Source: Promethearchaeota archaeon
GTDB lineage: Archaea; Asgardarchaeota; Lokiarchaeia; Sigyniarchaeales; SOKP01
DNA length: 64,000 nt
Direction: 5' to 3'
Assembly (NCBI GenBank): GCA_016839585.1
Contig: JAEOTZ010000014.1
Location: forward strand, 1 to 64,000
Under the pieces are notes generated by a model. It did no database searches and was not told where the DNA came from. It saw only the letters and a program-made list of their open reading frames with translations. Position numbers and translations under genes: made by a program. How positions within the stretch are numbered: position 1 is the stretch's first letter; the number at the start of each line of letters is the position of its first letter. Of this stretch, positions 49,743 to 58,360 are shown piece by piece.

Positions 49743-50012
49743 TTATTGCGTCCATACTGTCTCTTTAATTAGAGTATGAAGACATTTTGCACAATATCGT
49801 CCACTTTCTAATCGGTTTGCCCTTCTAGCAGTCTTGTTTGTTTTTTTCATTTTTGCAGGCCGTAATCTTGGAATAGACTGAATTGGTTTCTTACAAATGG
49901 CACATCGAGCTCTATGAGGTTTTTTTCTCCAATAATGTGACACATTTCGGTTACCTGGTGTCCTTACATTCTTCCTAGCTTGAGCTTTAGATCTAAGACC
50001 TGGACGAGGAAT
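49743..50012 (-). CDS. rpl34e: 50S ribosomal protein eL34 with candidate ATT start at 50012
   Basis: (I/M)PRPGLRS...VRTPG...HY...KP..A.CAIC...R..R...G.YC..C. Confidence 0.92.
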   Translation of the reverse strand: MPRPGLRSKAQARKNVRTPGNRNVSHYWRKKPHRARCAICKKPIQSIPRLRPAKMKKTNKTARRANRLESGRYCAKCLHTLIKETVWTQ

Positions 50013-50098
50013 AGTGATTACCTTAATTTTGTATTTATAGAATTAATACTTAAACTAATAAAATTTAAAATAATAGAAGAAATATTAACTTTATTATC

Positions 50099-50755
50099 TT
50101 AGGTTTTAAGATTTAATTTATTTTGAAATTCTTTAAAAACTTGATAGATATCATCTACTATTCTCTCACTAAATCTTCTATTTTCATGGAGCTTAGTAGA
50201 ATTATTTAAAACTCTTTTATTTATTTTATCAATATTTGTTTGAATCTCCTCCATCCCAGGGAATTTTTCCACATTTTTTTTTAAATCTTCAAATAACTTA
50301 TTTATTAATTCGATCTCTTTAAATTCCCTTAACTTAATAGCGTCCATAAGTGTTATAAAGGATGATGTTATCTCTAAAGTTATCCCGGGTAATTCTAATA
50401 CCGATGTCCTCATCTTTTTTGAAAATTGGGATTCCTGTCTATCTTTATTTTCTAATACTTCATTAGAAAGATCTAATGAAGAGATTTCATTAATAATATC
50501 AATAGCTCTATAGTAATCTTGAGTTAACTTCATTTTTTTTAAAAGTTTAGAAAGAATTATTTTTTTATCATTCAAAGAAAAATTAAATTTAAGTAACTCA
50601 TTAGTAGAATTCTTAATAGTTTTTAGAAAGAAATTTTCTTTAATAATTCCATTCTGGTACTTCTCATATAAGTTAAATATAGTATTTAATAGTGCAAATA
50701 ACTCAGATTCAATTTCAGGTTCGATCGTAAGAGGTTTGTCGTTATCTGGTGCCAT
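50099..50755 (-). CDS. Vps28-like (ESCRT-I) protein
   Basis: N-terminal SELFALLNTI..L..KY..G.I and C-terminal ITSSFITLMDAIKL resemble Vps28 conserved blocks. Confidence 0.7.
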   Translation of the reverse strand: MAPDNDKPLTIEPEIESELFALLNTIFNLYEKYQNGIIKENFFLKTIKNSTNELLKFNFSLNDKKIILSKLLKKMKLTQDYYRAIDIINEISSLDLSNEVLENKDRQESQFSKKMRTSVLELPGITLEITSSFITLMDAIKLREFKEIELINKLFEDLKKNVEKFPGMEEIQTNIDKINKRVLNNSTKLHENRRFSERIVDDIYQVFKEFQNKLNLKT

Positions 50756-50816
50756 TTTAGTTATTATAATTATTAAATTAAATTATATAAAAATAAGATT
50801 TTGTACTAATAAATTT

Positions 50817-51764
50817 TTAACCAAATATAGTTGGCCTTAAAAAATAGAAAATTACTGCAACCAGAATACCTATAATAAAAGTAGGTATTAAAACACGGTA
50901 AGTAGAAGAATTGCTTAATTCTCTAATAGCTAATGTCATCAAGATAGGAACCCATATTGCTATCGTTAAGGCATCAATAACATCTAAAACCGCCCAAGTC
51001 CCAGATGCAAACATTTGGTTAAATACAACACCCCAATATTGATCCAACTCAACATCAGTCAACTCATCAATATCAATATTATCAACATCTACCGTAGGAA
51101 AAGCAACTAAGACTATCAATATCTTAATGGCATTTATTAGTAAAAAGGGAGTAAACGCACATAACATCATTCTAAATTTATATGAAGCTTCTAAGTGTAA
51201 CATTGTTCCACCTTTATAAATACTAAATGGGCTTATCTCTTCTTCTTTATACCTTTCTCTTACTTCTCCTATTGCTCCGAAGCGATCTTCTAATCTATCA
51301 GTAAATCCCACTGCGTAATTGGCTCCTTTAGTAACCAACCAAATTAATACTGAAAAATAAATTAATTGAAAGAAGAATCCAAATATGAAAAAAGCAGCAA
51401 AAAAGCTAAAGGTAAAGAAAGCTTTTATAAGTAAATATGTAGATATACTAGTGAAATTAAAGTGTGAGAACAAAGCTAAACCCATTAGTCCATAAAGTAA
51501 AGAGCAAAATAACAAAATTATCCACCCTGGAGCTTTACTACGCTTATGATTAATATCCCAGAATGCTCGATTGGGCTGAATGAACAGATAGTAAATTTTC
51601 ATGTACCATGGATAAGGATTTGTCCATTCTGCCTCATATCTTCTAAAAAAAGAAAGTGTTTCAATTTTTTCGATTTTTAATCGTACACCACAGAAACTAC
51701 AAGCAAAACTATCAGCACGATTCTCATTTCCACATCTAGGACATCTTTGAATAGCAATGCTCAT
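50817..51764 (-). CDS. Zinc-ribbon plus Yip1-domain membrane protein
   Basis: CPRC...CSFC; P..AFW.I followed by about 5 TM helices. Confidence 0.65.
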   Translation of the reverse strand: MSIAIQRCPRCGNENRADSFACSFCGVRLKIEKIETLSFFRRYEAEWTNPYPWYMKIYYLFIQPNRAFWDINHKRSKAPGWIILLFCSLLYGLMGLALFSHFNFTSISTYLLIKAFFTFSFFAAFFIFGFFFQLIYFSVLIWLVTKGANYAVGFTDRLEDRFGAIGEVRERYKEEEISPFSIYKGGTMLHLEASYKFRMMLCAFTPFLLINAIKILIVLVAFPTVDVDNIDIDELTDVELDQYWGVVFNQMFASGTWAVLDVIDALTIAIWVPILMTLAIRELSNSSTYRVLIPTFIIGILVAVIFYFLRPTIFG

Positions 51765-51886
51765 TTTTTGATTACTCCTTAAAATTCATTATAATAATCA
51801 TATAATAAAATAATCTTATAAAAATTTCTTTTAATTTTTTATTTAAATAAATTACTAATGTTAAATTAAAAATTATTATCTATTCA

Positions 51887-52957
51887 TTAACTTATTTCTT
51901 GAAATTCTATAATATAATAATTTTTTTTTTTTAAAATGTCATATTTGCGATGGGAAAAGGATTGAATTAGTTCTAGATTAGTTTTTGTATGGTTTGTAAT
52001 TTCAAGTACTTTTATTTTTGAAGCCCCTTTACAATAGGCCATTAACGGTATTAATTGGTCGCTTAGAAAATTGTCAACAGGAATCTCATTATTAATATAT
52101 TTAAGGATTTCATTAGCAGCTATCGTTCCAAGTTTTTCAGAAGTAATTTTTTTTTCTCCTAATATTGTGCCAGTCGATATAATGGCTCCTGTATCTGAAT
52201 GGGCCCATAAATAAAGCCCTACACCAGGACTATATGAATTTACAAACTTATATTTTATGTTTGTTTCTAATTTTATATTTTTTCTAATTTGTTGTTCAAT
52301 TGTTCTTTTTATTCTTTCATTTATATTACCTTTTTTCAATTGATTAGTTAAAATGATTTCTCCATTAAGATTTTCTAAATTACCTAAATCTATTAAATTT
52401 AATGGCTTTATTTTGTCGATTGGTGGATATATTACACATTTAGCTTTAGCACCTCCCTTAGGATAAAATCCATGTTGATCTATATCAATATCAATTTTTA
52501 ATCCAGAATTGCTAAAAATTTTATATGTCACTTCTTGTAGGTAGGTAAGACTTGGAGCCCATTTACCAAATGTACCTCCACCATTCAAAAATAACTCAAT
52601 TTTTTCTGTTTTATTAAGACCTAAACATGATATTTGTATTGGTTGAAGTAGTAATCCTAAACTTGCTGCTGTATTAATATTGACTTGAATTTTATCTTTT
52701 ATTTTTGTTTTTGGAATTAAAGTTATTTTTTTTGTACCAACTTGACATTCAGATAAGGTGCTACTTGTTAATTCTGATAATGTTTTGAGACCTAACAGAT
52801 GTTGAGTTCTTAAGCCAGGTTTTGGTCTGTTAGCACGAATATTTTTAATTCTGATCGGTTGCTTAAATAGAATAGAAAATGCTGCACCTAATCGGAGTAT
52901 TGCACCTCCCCCTTCTCCCATCGCACCATCAATTTCTAAAAACTCTAAATTAGTCAA
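51887..52957 (-). CDS. rtcA: RNA 3'-terminal phosphate cyclase
   Basis: GEGGG.ILR, IRANRP.PGL..QH, GGT, GFYPKGG, DQL, catalytic His in TNHTKTN. Confidence 0.92.
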   Translation of the reverse strand: MTNLEFLEIDGAMGEGGGAILRLGAAFSILFKQPIRIKNIRANRPKPGLRTQHLLGLKTLSELTSSTLSECQVGTKKITLIPKTKIKDKIQVNINTAASLGLLLQPIQISCLGLNKTEKIELFLNGGGTFGKWAPSLTYLQEVTYKIFSNSGLKIDIDIDQHGFYPKGGAKAKCVIYPPIDKIKPLNLIDLGNLENLNGEIILTNQLKKGNINERIKRTIEQQIRKNIKLETNIKYKFVNSYSPGVGLYLWAHSDTGAIISTGTILGEKKITSEKLGTIAANEILKYINNEIPVDNFLSDQLIPLMAYCKGASKIKVLEITNHTKTNLELIQSFSHRKYDILKKKNYYIIEFQEIS

Positions 52958-54113
52958 CTAATTCACTTTTTTCATATAAAATTTTTATTCTCTCAATCCC
53001 ATTAAAATCTTCAATCAAATCAATAACTTCTTTAGGTACTAAGTGCCTCCAGCTATTATTTCCTTCTCTTATTAAGGATCTTATGTTATTCCCATTGAAT
53101 TTTTTTTTAAATATTGTTATTTTTCTTCCAACTTTAAAACCTTCATTCTGAAATAATTCTCGAATCCAATCGCTATTAGAAAAAACAACATTGAATTCTC
53201 CAACTATAGAGACAACATGGTCAATCCAATTTTTTGCATTAAAAATGTCTGGGATCTCATATATATTATATCGCTCATTTTCTATTTTCCTTTTCTTTAG
53301 GGCTGCTTTGATAAATTTTATTCTTTCTTCACTTGTAAATGGATCATTTGGCAAATGGGATAACTGAGAGCTTCCTATTCCTATTTTTACTGTATTATAT
53401 GAATTAAGAATTTTATTTAGTACATAAATATGACCATGATGTAATGGTTGAAATCTTCCTATAAATAATGCTACATTTTCTGTTTTACTATTAATATTAT
53501 CAAATCCTTGCTTAAAGTGAGGGATAATATCCATATTTAAAATTTTTCTCCAGATTTTATGTGAATGATCGATGAGTTTCTCATTTTTTAGCAAAACTTC
53601 TAATTCTTCCTTTGTATAAAATTGGCTTCCATCAATTTCTAACTCGTTAGGATTAGGTTTTAATTTAACATTATAATCAACCATTCCAAGAAATATATAA
53701 GATATCTCTTTTGCTAAATTATCCTTTTCTGTACTTAAGTCAAAAAATTTAATGTTTCTAATCTTCCTTGAAGGAATTCCAAATTCTTCTTCAAGTTCTC
53801 TTATAGCATTTTGCTTAACTTCTTTGAGATCTAAAGTTTTAGTCCATATTACATGCCCAGAAGCAGAATCTGTATAATATTCAGGATAAGATTTCTTACT
53901 TTTACCACGTTTTTGTACAAGATAAAGAAGTTTATTATCAGAACTTATTGAGACTATGAAAAATCTAATAATTAGATGTGTTACTTTTTTTCGATGAGCT
54001 TCTTTCCGTTCCATAGGAAAAACATATTTAGATATTTGCCCTGATTGCAAATATTTTATATTCTTATCATCAATGCAAGCTAAAAATTCTTTTTCCATAG
54101 ACTTTTCCTTCAT
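52950..54113 (-). CDS. Nudix (IDI-1-like) plus nicotinamide-nucleotide adenylyltransferase (NadM-type) fusion
   Basis: N-terminal QKR...K..YP...SASGH...RELEEEFG; C-terminal FIGRFQPLH.GH, GSSQ, PFT..ER. Confidence 0.8.
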   Translation of the reverse strand: MKEKSMEKEFLACIDDKNIKYLQSGQISKYVFPMERKEAHRKKVTHLIIRFFIVSISSDNKLLYLVQKRGKSKKSYPEYYTDSASGHVIWTKTLDLKEVKQNAIRELEEEFGIPSRKIRNIKFFDLSTEKDNLAKEISYIFLGMVDYNVKLKPNPNELEIDGSQFYTKEELEVLLKNEKLIDHSHKIWRKILNMDIIPHFKQGFDNINSKTENVALFIGRFQPLHHGHIYVLNKILNSYNTVKIGIGSSQLSHLPNDPFTSEERIKFIKAALKKRKIENERYNIYEIPDIFNAKNWIDHVVSIVGEFNVVFSNSDWIRELFQNEGFKVGRKITIFKKKFNGNNIRSLIREGNNSWRHLVPKEVIDLIEDFNGIERIKILYEKSELVD

Positions 54114-54946
54114 AAATTAACTTTTATAACATCTCCTACTTTAACTCCTAACTTTTTTGCAGCATTTCCTCGATTAATAGAAATTTCAAGATATCCACTT
54201 GATCCTCTTAGAAATAATAACGATTTTATTGGTACACCTGAGAAATGGGATGTGTATTTACCTTTAAAGAACTGAATTTTAATCTGTACTGTAATTATAT
54301 CATCAATATTTAATAAAAATGAAGTTCCCTTAATATTATTATTATCATCTATTTTAATATTAGTAGTTATATTCCCAAAAGAATCTATATATTGAATAGT
54401 ACATAAGATCTCTTTCTTTTTCAATATAACTTTATACTTAATTGGAATTCCTACTAGATTGTTTAAACTAAATTTTGGTCCAAAATTTTTAAGTGTTATT
54501 CCATTTGAAATATATGCTCCAACGGGAGCCATAATATCCCTACCATGAAATGTATTCGATAGGGGATGAAGGAAAAAATTCTCATTTTGAAGTTTAACAC
54601 ATTCAGAGATTTTATCATTTTCAAGTAAAACTGAAAAAATCCCATTGTTAGGACCCACAAAAAAATAATTTGATTCAGTCTTTAGAGCTAATATTTCCCT
54701 ATAACTCCCAACCCCTGGGTCAACAACAATTATGAATACTGTATATGGAGGGAAATGTTTATACGTGGTTTTAATTATATAAGAAGCTTCAATTATAGAA
54801 AATGAAGATATATTATGCGAGATATCAATAATTTTGGCGATCGGATTGATTTTTAAAATAACTCCTTTCATACTTGATATATAATGAGAACTTTTAGACC
54901 CGAAATCTGTTAATAAACCGATTATATTACAATTAGGCTCTGCCAT
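54110..54946 (-). CDS. SAM hydroxide adenosyltransferase / chlorinase-fluorinase family (DUF62)
   Basis: LTDFG, VVDPGVG, GPNNG, TFHGRDI, D.FGN, LEI..N. Confidence 0.9.
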   Translation of the reverse strand: MAEPNCNIIGLLTDFGSKSSHYISSMKGVILKINPIAKIIDISHNISSFSIIEASYIIKTTYKHFPPYTVFIIVVDPGVGSYREILALKTESNYFFVGPNNGIFSVLLENDKISECVKLQNENFFLHPLSNTFHGRDIMAPVGAYISNGITLKNFGPKFSLNNLVGIPIKYKVILKKKEILCTIQYIDSFGNITTNIKIDDNNNIKGTSFLLNIDDIITVQIKIQFFKGKYTSHFSGVPIKSLLFLRGSSGYLEISINRGNAAKKLGVKVGDVIKVNL

Positions 54947-55003
54947 TTTAATAATACTTAAAATTTGATAAATGTTTTAAAAAGTAAGAATTTGAAAAGA
55001 CTA

Positions 55004-55909
55004 TTACTTTTTACGATATTTTTGATCTACATTATAAAAATCTTCTAATGCTTTGGATTTCAACCTATATTCCTCTTCTTTATCAAATTCAACTAACTTT
55101 TTAGATAATTCGCTTGCTTTTCTATAATGCATATAAGCTGAATGAAATTCCTCATTTCTAAGAGCATTGCGCGCTTCTTGTACAACTCTTTCCCTCTCTT
55201 TTGAAAATTCAGGAACTTGTTGAGAAAAAGATCCTTTCTCTTTTAAAGAAGTAGAAATGTCCATTAAATAGAGTTTTTCAGCGAGTTCCGCTGCTTTATT
55301 GTAAAATTTTGCTGCTTTTTCATAGTCCGAGGATTTTAATGATGTTTCAGCTGTATTATAATAATCAGAAATTTTTGTATGTTCTCCATCTTCAATTTTT
55401 TGTAGTAATTCTTGAGCGATAGTCCTTTCTTTCTTTCCACCACTTATCATAAATTTTGTGATATTCTTAATACTTGCTCTTAATGCATCTGGTTGTAAAA
55501 TATCAATTAAGGGTTCTAAATGTTCAAGATATATATCCTTTAATATAATCTCAAATTCATCTTTTGAATTCTTTAAGATGTTAAGGCTTGGCATTTCAAA
55601 AGCTTCAGCAGCTTCTTTAAGAGCGGAACGGAACTTCTCTGGTTTATCATCTTCATTTAATAATAAGCCTATGATAATTCCAATAGCATTTCTAGATAAT
55701 TTACCCTTAAATTTATAAAAATAAGAAAAAATCCTATGAAATTCCTTTAATTTTAATAGATTAAACTCATTTTTTGAATGATCAAGGTTTAATCTAAGGA
55801 ATAAATCGCTAGTGACTTCGAAATCTGATTTATGCTCTTTAAAATAATATCCTAAAATTTTATAATCTGAATCTGTTGGTAATAATATTGCAAAACAGCC
55901 TATTGGCAT
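55004..55909 (-). CDS. Longin-like N-terminal domain plus two TPR-like helical repeats
   Basis: Predicted beta-beta-alpha-beta-beta-beta-alpha-alpha pattern; repeats A...L....Y..A...Y.KA.EL..KL twice. Confidence 0.45.
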   Translation of the reverse strand: MPIGCFAILLPTDSDYKILGYYFKEHKSDFEVTSDLFLRLNLDHSKNEFNLLKLKEFHRIFSYFYKFKGKLSRNAIGIIIGLLLNEDDKPEKFRSALKEAAEAFEMPSLNILKNSKDEFEIILKDIYLEHLEPLIDILQPDALRASIKNITKFMISGGKKERTIAQELLQKIEDGEHTKISDYYNTAETSLKSSDYEKAAKFYNKAAELAEKLYLMDISTSLKEKGSFSQQVPEFSKERERVVQEARNALRNEEFHSAYMHYRKASELSKKLVEFDKEEEYRLKSKALEDFYNVDQKYRKK

Positions 55910-55977
55910 AGAGAGAATTACACCTTTAATTTTACTTATATTAATCTTAATATCAAATTTAATAATGAAAAATAAAT

Positions 55978-56400
55978 TTAAATTGGTTTAGCGCCAATTA
56001 ATCTATTGGTCTCTTCTCTTATAGACTGAATTATTGCTAACAGCTGAGTATAATAAAGATTATCCGATACTGCCTTTGATACCTGCTTTAGAGTTTCAAT
56101 TGCTTTCTTTTCTTCATCTGTAATTGCCTCAATGGATTTTTTATCCCATAAATCCTTAACTTTTTTATTAAAATCTTCAGCAAGCTCTTGAATACTCTTA
56201 CTGGACTGTACTCTGAATTGTTTTAATACTTCAACAATTAATCTAATATTTTCTGTTAATGCAACGTTCTGTTCAGAGAAGTTTTGGCTCATTTGATCAA
56301 TTGATGCTCTCATTTGCCCTATTTGTGCTATAGTTCCATCTAAAGATTGAGTAATTTCATTAATTTTTTGAATCATATGCTCTAGGAGAGCTTCTGCCAT
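55978..56400 (-). CDS. Coiled-coil hypothetical protein
   Basis: Continuous heptad pattern; starts MAEALL. Confidence 0.6.
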   Translation of the reverse strand: MAEALLEHMIQKINEITQSLDGTIAQIGQMRASIDQMSQNFSEQNVALTENIRLIVEVLKQFRVQSSKSIQELAEDFNKKVKDLWDKKSIEAITDEEKKAIETLKQVSKAVSDNLYYTQLLAIIQSIREETNRLIGAKPI

Positions 56401-56458
56401 TTTTTACTCCCTTTTCTTTTTTTCATTAATTTTAATATTTTATTACTTTTTAGACTTC

Positions 56459-56854
56459 TTATTCAACTGATTTCTTTAGAATTTTTGCAGAATCAATTGC
56501 CTCTGATAAAAGTAAATTAACTGTGTCTTGGTTTAGAACACTTTCAGAAATTTTAACGATATCTTCAAGTTTATTAATTAGATTAGTAATGGCATCCAAC
56601 CCTAATCCTTCTTGAATCTTTACTAATTCTTTTGTTGTCACTGCTCCAATTTCTTTTACAGCATCGATATGTTTAGTTTGAGTTATATTAATCTCTGTTG
56701 AAAATTCATGTAATTTTCCTGATAAATTAGTTATTTTTTGTTCAATGTTTTTATTGAGTGCATCTAAGGAATTCTTTAATTCTTGTATTGCTTTACCCAA
56801 TTGGGCTATTCTACCATATATATTTTGTAGAAGATCAGTTAACATTTCCGCCAA
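56459..56854 (-). CDS. Coiled-coil hypothetical protein (possible paralog of 55978..56400)
   Basis: Heptad pattern; starts MAEMLT; similar length. Confidence 0.6.
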   Translation of the reverse strand: MAEMLTDLLQNIYGRIAQLGKAIQELKNSLDALNKNIEQKITNLSGKLHEFSTEINITQTKHIDAVKEIGAVTTKELVKIQEGLGLDAITNLINKLEDIVKISESVLNQDTVNLLLSEAIDSAKILKKSVE

Positions 56855-57015
56855 GATATTTCACTTTTTTAGTCTTTTTAAATGATTTAATTTTTTTCTT
56901 ATTATTACTTCAATTATTAATATAACAGATTACTACAATAAAAAAATTTTTATGTTTTTATTAGTTCAATTATTAATATTAAATGCATTAAAAAAAGAAA
57001 GTCAAGAAGAATTCA

Positions 57016-57171
57016 TGGACTCGGGGGGATTTGAACCCCCGATTTCCTGTGTCTTCTACAAAAAGTAGAAAAAATTCAGGCTTTTACTTGAACGGACATT
57101 TCTTAGAATTTCTTGTTTGTCCGTCGGTCATTTATAAGACCTGCGCTTTAACCAAACTAAGCAACGAGTCC
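57016..57171 (-). tRNA. tRNA-Ile(UAU) with two introns: 50 nt in the anticodon loop (about 57082..57131) and 31 nt in the variable loop at 45/46 (57044..57074)
   Basis: GGACTCG/CGAGTCC acceptor plus A73, GCTT/AAGC D stem, CAGGT/GCCTG stem, loop CT-TAT-AA (anticodon 57134..57136), GGGGG-TTCAAAT-CCCCC; removing both introns leaves a canonical 75-nt cloverleaf. Confidence 0.85.
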
Positions 57172-57250
57172 GTATATACTCGAAAATTATAATGTATTAA
57201 AAAATAAAAACTTAACTTATTCATAGAACTATAGTATATTAATTAATTTG

Positions 57251-57407
57251 GGCTTATTATTTTTTGAAATTGTGTTAGGGAATTTTACTTTAGGATTTCC
57301 TATTATATCTAACTGCTCAAGATTTTTCAATTTACAAATACCTAATTTTTCAATTTACAGATTTCCGAAAAGCAGGGAAATCCGGGGTTCAAATCCCCGA
57401 TGGGTCA
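57251..57407 (+). pseudogene. Degenerate tRNA-like element, anticodon not assignable
   Basis: Perfect T arm CGGGG-TTCAAAT-CCCCG (57383..57399); weak GGCTTAT/ATGGGTC acceptor; CTGCT/AGCAG stem; no recognisable D loop or anticodon loop. Confidence 0.5.
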
Positions 57408-57547
57408 TATTTTTTTATTGTTTGATATTTGTTAATTTAATCATTATACTTCGTGAAACATCAATTTCACGCTTTTTCATATATATCTAAGAAGCAGTTA
57501 GATATATCACTAGATAATATAAAAAAAGTTCTTAGTTAAGATCAATT

Positions 57548-58243
57548 TCATTTATCTAAATGAGAAGATATTAAATTAAGAAGCCATTTCTTAATTTGTG
57601 TTAAATTCTTTAATATTCCAGGCATATGATTTTCAGGAAATGTATGCTCTTGTTCTAATCTTTGAGTTAACTCCATCCATTTATTTAAAGCTAATTGGAC
57701 CAAATTTGAACCTTCAGCTTCCATAAATAAAGGGATAATAGCAGCACTTTCTCTTGCATCACCGATGGCAAAATAAACCTTTCGATTGATATCCTTTAAC
57801 ATTACAAGATTAACACACTCATCTATTTTTCGTTCTACTAAAATGGCTTTAAGTATTTGTGCTTGAATATCCTTATCTTTAGTTTTAAAAATATCTTTTC
57901 TTCTTAAAAGAGCTGGCTGAACTTCTGTAATAACTTTTTCACCAGTGCTTCCTGTGCTAAAATATTTAGCGATTCTTAAATTATCATCTAAAGCTTCGAT
58001 AGATGTAAATTTTTTACTATTTGAATATAAAATTGCTTTAGAACCACCTGAAGTTTCACTTGATGATAATTTTATATAAATATTTCTCATAGCAACGGAA
58101 TTACAGGTATGATATGCTAATTCGAATAACTCTCGGGAACTTAATGGTTTGTAGGGTATTTCAGCATGTTTGAAAAGCCATTGAGAAGAAATAACGTCAT
58201 TAAATTGAATAAGAAGTCGATTTTCCATAATTAAAATAAACAC
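57548..58243 (-). CDS. Hypothetical protein downstream of SepSecS
   Basis: 231-aa ORF; no motif recognised. Confidence 0.65.
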   Translation of the reverse strand: MFILIMENRLLIQFNDVISSQWLFKHAEIPYKPLSSRELFELAYHTCNSVAMRNIYIKLSSSETSGGSKAILYSNSKKFTSIEALDDNLRIAKYFSTGSTGEKVITEVQPALLRRKDIFKTKDKDIQAQILKAILVERKIDECVNLVMLKDINRKVYFAIGDARESAAIIPLFMEAEGSNLVQLALNKWMELTQRLEQEHTFPENHMPGILKNLTQIKKWLLNLISSHLDK

Positions 58244-58360
58244 TCAATTATGAATTTATTCTTATAGTGTTGATTAAAATATAGAACTTCTTATTTTTAA
58301 CTTTTCCCCCATATGAATATTTCTATTTGAATAGAAATTTAGATTTCTGAGTGTAAACAA

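Noticed and set aside
51887-52100. RtcA possibly an inactive Rcl1-like protein
   Set aside because: The catalytic His is present in TNHTKTN
57082-57140. Alternative anticodons (UAA Leu or GUA Tyr) from other splice choices in the tRNA at 57016..57171
   Set aside because: The 4-bp D stem, short spliced variable loop, G1-C72/A73 and intact CU-UAU-AA loop fit Ile, and the BHB-like pairing supports the UAU product
57248-57490. 80-aa ORF
   Set aside because: It coincides with the tRNA-like element and has no protein motif
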